DNA of 64,000 nucleotides, from assembly GCA_963704885.1 (NCBI GenBank), contig CAVPIB010000007.1, positions 32,001 to 96,000 on the forward strand. Direction: 5' to 3'. Origin of the DNA: an uncultured Actinomycetes bacterium. GTDB lineage: Bacteria; Actinomycetota; UBA4738; HRBIN12. The notes beneath the pieces are model-generated. The model did no database searches. It saw only the letters and a program-made list of their open reading frames with translations, and was not told the DNA's origin. This document shows, in pieces, positions 58,332 through 64,000 of the stretch. Position 1 is the first letter of the stretch. Every line of letters begins with the position of its first letter. The position numbers and the translations under genes are program-made.

Positions 58332-59897
58332 TCAGTCGGCTACGGCAGCCACGTCGATCAAGCCATGCCGCATCGCGAAGAGCGCAGCCGCACCGCGGCT
58401 CCTTACGCCGAGTTTGGCGTAGATGTGCTCCTCGTGGTTGCTGACCGTCTTGGCCGAGATGGTCAACTCCTGCGCGATCTGCTTCTGGGTCGATCCGCGA
58501 GATAGCAGTACCAGTACCTCGACCTCGCGGGCGGTGAGCCCGCCCGCATGGCTCGTCTTACGGCGCACCCGATGCCCGGCTGCGTCCAGCACCGCGCGAA
58601 CGGCGTCGCCGTCCAGGCGACCATCGGTCACCTCCGCTGTGAGCACTGTTCGGGCCTCGTCCCGCGGCCACGCGGCGCGATGGGGTCGCGGTTCCAGCAG
58701 CGCGTGGTACACGTCGGCGGCCGCGATCACACGTGCGGTCATCGGGAGGCTGTCGGCCGTTAGGCCCGACGGGTAGCCGGATCCGTCCATCCGCTCATGG
58801 TGCTTCGCCGCGAGCTGCCCTATCGCGGCTAGAGGCGGGGGCTTGGAGAACGTTCGCGCCGTGAGATAGGGATGGGTGCGGATCCGCTCTCGTTCGGCCT
58901 CGGTGAGCGGCCCGACCTTGTCCAAGATCCCGGCCGGAACACCGATGGAACCTACGTCGTGGATGAGCGAGGCTCGACGCACGAGCACGATGTCGTCGTT
59001 AGGCAGACCGACGATGGCGGCCGCGGCCGCCGCAAGATCCGCGACGCCTCGGGAACGTCCGAGCAAGAACGGCGACTTCACGTCCGCGTAGTCGGCGAAG
59101 GCTTCCAACGCTCGATCGAGTTCCTCACCGCTGAGCTCACGCGCCAGCTCGCCGTGCCCGCCGATCAGCGTGTCCCAGCCGTCGAGCTCGTCTATGGAGG
59201 CGAGCAGCTCGTCGGCATGGATGCAGAACCGGTCGACGAGCTCTGGATCGAACTCCGTGCCACGTCGGGAGCGAAGCATCTCGACAGCCGCGTCCACCCC
59301 GCCTATCCGATGTAGGGCCTCAACGTCGTTGGCGATATGGACGATCCGCGCTATGCGGGCGATCTCGCCACCCGCCAACTTGGCCGGATAGCCCTTGCCG
59401 TCCCAGCGTTCGAACGCTTGCTGCAGCGGGTCACGCACTTCGGGACCCAGTCCGAGTCGGAGCGACAGGTCGCCCGAGGTCTCACAGTGGGAGGCCATCG
59501 AGCGCTGGACCTCCTTAGACCCGCCCGCGAGGAACCTGCCGATCATCGTGAACCGCCGGATCGCCGAGCTCCCGCTGGCGACGTGACCGATCATGAAGCG
59601 CATCATCGGCAAACCGGTCATGTCGACGAGGTAGCTGTCGGCCCGCACGGCTGTGTCGTCGCCGAACCACTTGCCCATCTCGTGCGCGTCGGCCACGCAA
59701 CCGACCCACGCGAGGAGCGACACGTAGAAGATCGCGGCCCGCTCGTCGTCGGACAGGCCCTCGAGCTCGGCCATGCGCAGGGCGATAAGCGTCTGCCGGA
59801 TGATGTGCTGCTGCGGTTGACCCAGTCCTAGATCCGTCGCCAGCGACAGCGCCGCCACCAGCTCAGCTAGCCGAACGCCGTCTCCGGCTCCCGTCAT
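58332..59897 (-). CDS. Double HD/HD-GYP domain protein with C-terminal LuxR HTH
   Basis: LAELVAALSLATDLGLG, degenerate first domain (ERWDGKGYP), second domain HDVG...HHERMDGSGYP, LTAREVEVL...ISAKTVSNH..IYAKLGV. Confidence 0.93.
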   Translation of the reverse strand: MTGAGDGVRLAELVAALSLATDLGLGQPQQHIIRQTLIALRMAELEGLSDDERAAIFYVSLLAWVGCVADAHEMGKWFGDDTAVRADSYLVDMTGLPMMRFMIGHVASGSSAIRRFTMIGRFLAGGSKEVQRSMASHCETSGDLSLRLGLGPEVRDPLQQAFERWDGKGYPAKLAGGEIARIARIVHIANDVEALHRIGGVDAAVEMLRSRRGTEFDPELVDRFCIHADELLASIDELDGWDTLIGGHGELARELSGEELDRALEAFADYADVKSPFLLGRSRGVADLAAAAAAIVGLPNDDIVLVRRASLIHDVGSIGVPAGILDKVGPLTEAERERIRTHPYLTARTFSKPPPLAAIGQLAAKHHERMDGSGYPSGLTADSLPMTARVIAAADVYHALLEPRPHRAAWPRDEARTVLTAEVTDGRLDGDAVRAVLDAAGHRVRRKTSHAGGLTAREVEVLVLLSRGSTQKQIAQELTISAKTVSNHEEHIYAKLGVRSRGAAALFAMRHGLIDVAAVAD

Positions 59898-59949
59898 CTC
59901 CCCAGGGTACAAGTGCACGCAGCTGGCCTGGGGACCGCCCGACAGCGGG

Positions 59950-60090
59950 TGAGCATCGAGTATCCGTACGGCTTAGGCGAGGTCGTGACCGCCGCCGCCC
60001 AGGGCGGCTTTCGGATCCGGTTCGTCCTACCGATGGCGGGAGGTCATCCTCCGACGATGTTCTCCTTGCGTGCCCAGAAACAAGGGCGCC
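59950..60090 (+). pseudogene. Remnant of a class I methyltransferase C-terminus
   Basis: 'IEYPYGLGEVVTAAAQGGFRI...PTMFSLRAQK' resembles a methyltransferase C-terminal motif, with no N-terminal part. Confidence 0.4.
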
Positions 60091-60350
60091 ACTCGGTGAC
60101 CGCCTCTTCGCCCCCAGGGGCGCGGCCCGCGGTGCTCGATCGTTGGTGCTGACCACTCCTCCTGGGACGGCGTCGCCATGGCCCACATAGGCTTCTCCTA
60201 CCGGCGCGACCGGCCCAACTAGCTCGAAACAGCCCCGGGCCCAGTGCGATCTATCCACCGGGGTCCGAAGGGGTCAACGCCGGAACACATCATGTCGGTC
60301 CCGTGCGCTACGCTTCGCTGAGCTCCTCCCCCCATGCACGAGGAGACACG

Positions 60351-60695
60351 ATGTCAGCGGAGCTGGTCCAAACGCTCGTGAACGCCATCTTGCTGATCGG
60401 CGTGACGCTCATCGCGGGATCCATCGGCCTCAAGCGGTTCGAAGCGATCGACCGACGATTCGAAGTCATCGATCGCCGGTTCGAGGTCATCGACGCGCGG
60501 TTCGAGTCCTTGGAGCGTTCGCTTACCGCCTCGATCACGGGAGCGATCGATGGCCTGCGCAGCGAGCTGAAGCACGACATCGCGCTCGTAGACGCTCATG
60601 TGGGAGAGGTTCGAACAGAGGTGGCGCAGACGCGATCCGACCTCACCTACGTGGCCTTGGCGGTAGGGGCGCGACGAGCCGAAGGCTCGAACTAG
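60351..60695 (+). CDS. Small membrane-anchored coiled-coil protein with heptad repeats
   Basis: GAGGAG RBS, N-terminal TM helix, RFEAIDR/RFEVIDR/RFEVIDA/RFESLER. Confidence 0.7.
   Translation: MSAELVQTLVNAILLIGVTLIAGSIGLKRFEAIDRRFEVIDRRFEVIDARFESLERSLTASITGAIDGLRSELKHDIALVDAHVGEVRTEVAQTRSDLTYVALAVGARRAEGSN
60435..60518 (+). repeat. 4 x 21-bp degenerate coding tandem repeat
   Basis: cggttcgaagcgatcgaccga / cgattcgaagtcatcgatcgc / cggttcgaggtcatcgacgcg / cggttcgagtccttggagcgt. Confidence 0.85.
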
Positions 60696-60748
60696 CTTCT
60701 CCTGGGCGTGACGAAGCTCACAGACACCCGTTCATCGAACCTCTAGAG

Positions 60749-60764
60749 TCGAACACATGTTCGA
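60749..60764. promoter_or_regulatory. LexA (SOS) box
   Basis: TCGAAC-ACAT-GTTCGA matches the actinobacterial TCGAAC-N4-GTTCGA consensus. Confidence 0.82.
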
Positions 60765-60797
60765 TACACCAACTCAGCATCCGGCCGGAGCGATCGC

Positions 60798-60942
60798 ATG
60801 AGCGAGCTCCGGTCGGCGGTCGAGTCGTTGCGTGGCGAGACGCTCGCCGAGCTTCCCGACGCGCGGATCGAGGACGACTTCGCCGAGATCCGGCGCATCG
60901 TCGACCAGCTCGAGCTGGAAGCGCTCCGACGTCTCGGTGAGA
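60798..60942 (+). pseudogene. N-terminal remnant of a DUF222/HNH (13E12-type) protein
   Basis: 'MSELRSAVESLRGETLAELPDARIEDDFAEIRRIVDQLELEALRRLGE' then degenerates; preceded by an SOS box, as is typical of this family. Confidence 0.6.
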
Positions 60943-61065
60943 AACGTTCGATGACGAGACGGTATACGAGCTCGATAGCCTTCCGCTCGCGGAGCACAGG
61001 CGGCCGTGATGACTCGATCGAACTCCGCGGAGACAAGCCTGTCCCCCAAGAGACCGACTGGCGGT

Positions 61066-61087
61066 GTACATCCGATGTACGTACTTT
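61066..61087 (+). promoter_or_regulatory. TA promoter/operator
   Basis: GTACATC-C-GATGTAC inverted repeat abutting a TACTTT -10; GGAGG RBS follows. Confidence 0.6.
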
Positions 61088-61112
61088 GTTCAAGGGAAGG
61101 AGGTCGATCTAG

Positions 61113-61421
61113 ATGGCAGCGGCGAACGCGCGAGACTTGAAAAAGGCACGCCTGAATCTGCGTCTGTCAGCTCGCGAGAAGGCGGACTTGGAGGAAGCTG
61201 CGAGATCGCGAGCAGAGTCCGTGTCCTCCTTCGTCAAAGGCGCGGCCAACGCCGAGGCGCAGAAAGTGCTGTCTGAGCGGGTCTTGTTCGCGATCGACGC
61301 GAAGCGATGGGAGCTCTTCAATCAGGCTCTAGATCGTCCTGTCGTAGACAAGCCCCGTCTGCGCGCGCTCCTTGAGTCGCCCTCCATCTTCGAGACCGCT
61401 ATCGGTTCCGAAGAGGTGTGA
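61113..61421 (+). CDS. DUF1778 RHH antitoxin (TacA/AtaR-like)
   Basis: KKARLNLRLS...SVSSFV..AA...WELFNQALDRP...PRLRALL. Confidence 0.9.
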   Translation: MAAANARDLKKARLNLRLSAREKADLEEAARSRAESVSSFVKGAANAEAQKVLSERVLFAIDAKRWELFNQALDRPVVDKPRLRALLESPSIFETAIGSEEV

Positions 61422-61921
61422 CCAGGCTCGTACCTCCCGAACCCCTGGAGGAGCGTCATCTCACGCTCGGCTTCAACTGTGGTGAGCCAGCTCTGGATGA
61501 CTGGTTGTCCAGGTACGCCCTGATCAGCGAGCGCTCGAGCACGGCGCGAACATACGTGACGCACGCCGGAAAGAACGAGGTGAAGGGTTTCTACACGCTT
61601 GCTGCGGGAAGCGTGTCACCCGACGCGGCTCCAGACCGAGTGAGCAAAGGGGGAGGGCAGCAGCAGGTACCTGTGATCGTGCTTGCCCGACTCGCTGTTG
61701 ATCAGAGCGTGCAGCGCCAGGGTGTAGGTAGAGGACTCGTCAAGGACGCACTCGTTCGCGTTGCCAGTGCCAGCAAGATCATAGGGATCCGAGCGGTTCT
61801 CGTTCACCTCAAAGACCCGGCGATGTCGGGCTTCTACGAGCAGTTCGACTTCGAGGCTAGTCCTACCGAGGAAGGCCAGATGTTCTTGCTCATGAAGGAC
61901 CTCTTGGCGGCACTCCCCTAG
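61418..61921 (+). CDS. GNAT acetyltransferase toxin (TacT/AtaT-like)
   Basis: FNCGEPALDDWL, VPVIVLARLAVD, QRQGVG, GIRAVLVH, FYEQFDF; GTGA overlap with the antitoxin. Confidence 0.9.
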   Translation: MTRLVPPEPLEERHLTLGFNCGEPALDDWLSRYALISERSSTARTYVTHAGKNEVKGFYTLAAGSVSPDAAPDRVSKGGGQQQVPVIVLARLAVDQSVQRQGVGRGLVKDALVRVASASKIIGIRAVLVHLKDPAMSGFYEQFDFEASPTEEGQMFLLMKDLLAALP

Positions 61922-62076
61922 AAGCACACTGTGATCGTTCGGAGGCCTCCGGCTTTCAGTCTCGGTCGGGGTGCTAGCCCGGGGGACTCCCTCCCCCTCG
62001 GACAGACCGTCCGGTGAACGGACCGTCCTGCGCCCTTCCCTCTGTCAACCTCAGATGAGGATCGTGGCCGCAGGAT

Positions 62077-62300
62077 TCAGACGGATCCGGAGCGCCGCCC
62101 GAGAGCCAGAGCCGATCGGCTGAGGGACGCCTCGGTCGTCGGTTGGAGTTGGAGGATCAGGTGGCCGATGTCGAGTGCTGCATACTCGTGGATGGCGCGG
62201 GCGAGCTCGTCGACCGAGCCGCTGAAGGAGGCGTCTTCTCCGTCTTCTTCGTCCGGCACGTCATGCGCGGGGTCGTGGACGACCATCCAAACCGTTCGTG
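62077..62300 (-). pseudogene. Probable C-terminal fragment of an LLM-class oxidoreductase
   Basis: 'FSGSVDELARAIHEYAALDIGHLILQL' resembles an LLM C-terminus; no room for an N-terminus. Confidence 0.4.
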
Positions 62301-62443
62301 TCTGAGAACCGCGATCGATCTCGTTCCCTGAGCGCCCACGGGACCTTCGGTCACATCCGGCTCATGCCACGACGGCGCGCGCCGTGCCAGACTCCGCTTC
62401 CGCGAACCTGATCGGAGTTCAGTCGTTCGATATGGTGCGCCCG

Positions 62444-63520
62444 ATGCCGGTCCTGGAACTTCTCGGAGACGCCTTCGAGCGCGGCGTCGCCCATGGGCGG
62501 TTCGCCGCTACGGCCATCCGACGGTATTGGGAGGAGATGCTGCGCGACGTGGGTGAGCGGGTGGCGAACCCCATGTCGGAAGGCGAGCTCCGGGACTGGC
62601 TCCGACAGAAGATAGCGTTCGCGGCGCGGATCGAGCCCGGGATGGCGGAGGAGGTGCGCGGCGTCGCGATCGGAGCAGACGTCGACCTCGACGTCGCGTG
62701 GGCGATCGGGTTCGGGGAGGAGATCGGCGATCTCGCTGGGATGCTCGAGGGACCGTCTACGCCGCGATGTCTCGGGATCGTCGTGCCTCCAAGTCGGTCG
62801 TCGACCGGCGGATGGCTCCTGGCCCAGAGTTGGGACGGTCCCGAGTGGTCCGACGACGCCTGGGCGTTCGTGGTGCACGACGACGAAGGCGTGATCGCCT
62901 ACACGGCCGATCCCGGGTGGCTCGGAGGACCGGGTATCAACGCCCGAGGGATCGCGAGCGTTCACACGAGCGTACCCACCGTCGCGAGCCCAGCGGGGCT
63001 CCCCTACCCGTTCCTCGCCCGCCGGATCCTCCGTGCCGGCGATGCGGAGGAGGCGGCGATCGCCGTGTCCACGGTCACCCAGACCACAGGATGCAACTGG
63101 TTGATCGCGGCGGGGAGCGACGAGACCAACGTCCGAGCGGCTCACGATCGGACGGCGCGGTGGGATCTGGACGGGCTGTTCACCACGTGCACGCACTTCG
63201 ACGATCCGACGTGGGCCGACCTCGAACAGGGGGTGCCAGACAGCCACTTCCGCGCCGACCGGCTGCGCGCGCTCGCCGACGGCCATGCGCTCCTCACGCC
63301 CGACGAGGTGCTCGGTCTGTATGCGGACCACGCGGTGGGTCGGCACGGCTATGCGGTGTGTCAGCACGCGGGCGCTGGCTGGGCCGTCAAGGGTGTCACG
63401 GTCGTGGATGCCGCCACGTCATCGCTCTGGCTCCGACCCGGCCTTCCCTGCTCGGGTGCGCCCGTCACGCGGATCACGCTGCGGCCGAACGGTACGGCTG
63501 AGTGGGCAACCGATGCCTGA
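62444..63520 (+). CDS. C45 family autoproteolytic acyltransferase/hydrolase (Ntn)
   Basis: ERGVAHG, EEVRGVAIGA, PRCLG (autocleavage Cys), LLAQSWD, GINARG, CTHF. Confidence 0.78.
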   Translation: MPVLELLGDAFERGVAHGRFAATAIRRYWEEMLRDVGERVANPMSEGELRDWLRQKIAFAARIEPGMAEEVRGVAIGADVDLDVAWAIGFGEEIGDLAGMLEGPSTPRCLGIVVPPSRSSTGGWLLAQSWDGPEWSDDAWAFVVHDDEGVIAYTADPGWLGGPGINARGIASVHTSVPTVASPAGLPYPFLARRILRAGDAEEAAIAVSTVTQTTGCNWLIAAGSDETNVRAAHDRTARWDLDGLFTTCTHFDDPTWADLEQGVPDSHFRADRLRALADGHALLTPDEVLGLYADHAVGRHGYAVCQHAGAGWAVKGVTVVDAATSSLWLRPGLPCSGAPVTRITLRPNGTAEWATDA

Positions 63521-63631
63521 GCCGGAGCACGTGCTGACCGTGATCCTCGGCCACGTTGGGGTCGCACGGGAACGGGCCTTCCGCCCTCAGGCGCCGCCGA
63601 GTCGTCCCGACCGAGCCGCCGGGGCGCTCGC

Positions 63632-63859
63632 GTGGCGCTGATGATCCCGTGCGCCCACTGTGGACCTCGCGCGTTCACCGAGTTCAGCTTCGGCGGCGAG
63701 CTGAGGGCGCTCGACGCGCCCGATCCCGAGGCCGACTTCGCCCGGGTGTTCCTTCCCGAGAACCCGGCCGGGCCGCAGACGGAGCGCTGGTTCCATGCGC
63801 TCGGCTGCAAGACGTGGACGACGGTCACGCGCGATACGCGTACCAACGAGGTCGGCTGA
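63632..63859 (+). CDS. soxD: Sarcosine oxidase subunit delta
   Basis: IPCAHCGPR..EFSFGGE, ERWFHALGC..W...RDTRTNE. Confidence 0.9.
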   Translation: MALMIPCAHCGPRAFTEFSFGGELRALDAPDPEADFARVFLPENPAGPQTERWFHALGCKTWTTVTRDTRTNEVG

Positions 63860-63860
63860 C

Positions 63861-64000
63861 GTGGGTTCGATCAGGTTCGAGGGCCGAGAGGTCGAGTTCG
63901 ACGAGGGCGACACGGTGGCCTCGGCGCTCTTCCGCCACGGCGTGCGCACGTTCTCGCGCTCGCTCAAGTACCACCGGCGGCGCGGGCTGTACTGCGGGAC
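63861..64000 (+). CDS. soxA: Sarcosine oxidase alpha-subunit-like N-terminus (partial, runs off window)
   Basis: Not in the ORF track; translates as VGSIRFEGREVEFDEGDTVASALFRHGVRTFSRSLKYHRRRGLYCG. Confidence 0.82.
   Translation, partial: MGSIRFEGREVEFDEGDTVASALFRHGVRTFSRSLKYHRRRGLYCG

Noticed and set aside
60435-60518. CRISPR-like repeat
   Set aside because: These are in-frame degenerate tandem units with no spacers and no cas genes.
1-64000. rRNA, tRNA (including tRNA-Sec), integrase or transposase genes
   Set aside because: None were recognised by eye. A tRNAscan-SE/Infernal run would be needed to exclude them formally.

Overview
High-GC window, most likely from an actinobacterial genome or MAG (actinobacterial-type KamA, F420-type LLM, DUF222 remnant with a TCGAAC-N4-GTTCGA SOS box, many apparently leaderless genes). 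It holds about 60 real genes. Most of the other six-frame ORFs are GC-driven shadows. 0-27 kb is mixed housekeeping and metabolism: S9 peptidase, orphan Cys-rich peptide SBP, moaA/DUF6457/MogA-XdhC fusion, sulfatase, phosphoesterase, KamA, two paralogous PAS-GGDEF-EAL proteins, tkt, a DEAD helicase and tdh-kbl. 27-42 kb is a putative amine catabolism cluster: xanthine-dehydrogenase-family Mo-hydroxylase, polyamine ABC transporter, flavin amine oxidase, crotonase and ADP-forming acyl-CoA synthetase. 42-56 kb is a choline/glycine-betaine module: betA, a ProVWX-type ABC transporter and a full corrinoid-dependent MttB-family demethylation operon with MetF, and two of its promoters share an operator motif. 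The standout is 56.5-59.9 kb, where an HD-GYP/LuxR regulator precedes a SnoaL-TusA fusion, DsrE and an ArsM-like methyltransferase. The methyltransferase has an in-frame TGA at the conserved Cys position, followed by a SECIS-like hairpin and 55 more in-frame codons, so it is a probable selenoprotein that the ORF track truncates. 59.9-62.4 kb is a scar region of gene remnants with an intact DUF1778/GNAT toxin-antitoxin pair. The window ends in soxD and the start of soxA. Seven or eight 1-bp indels, mostly at 43-54 kb, look like assembly errors and create false fusions in the ORF track. Family assignments come from motifs recognised by eye. No searches were run.
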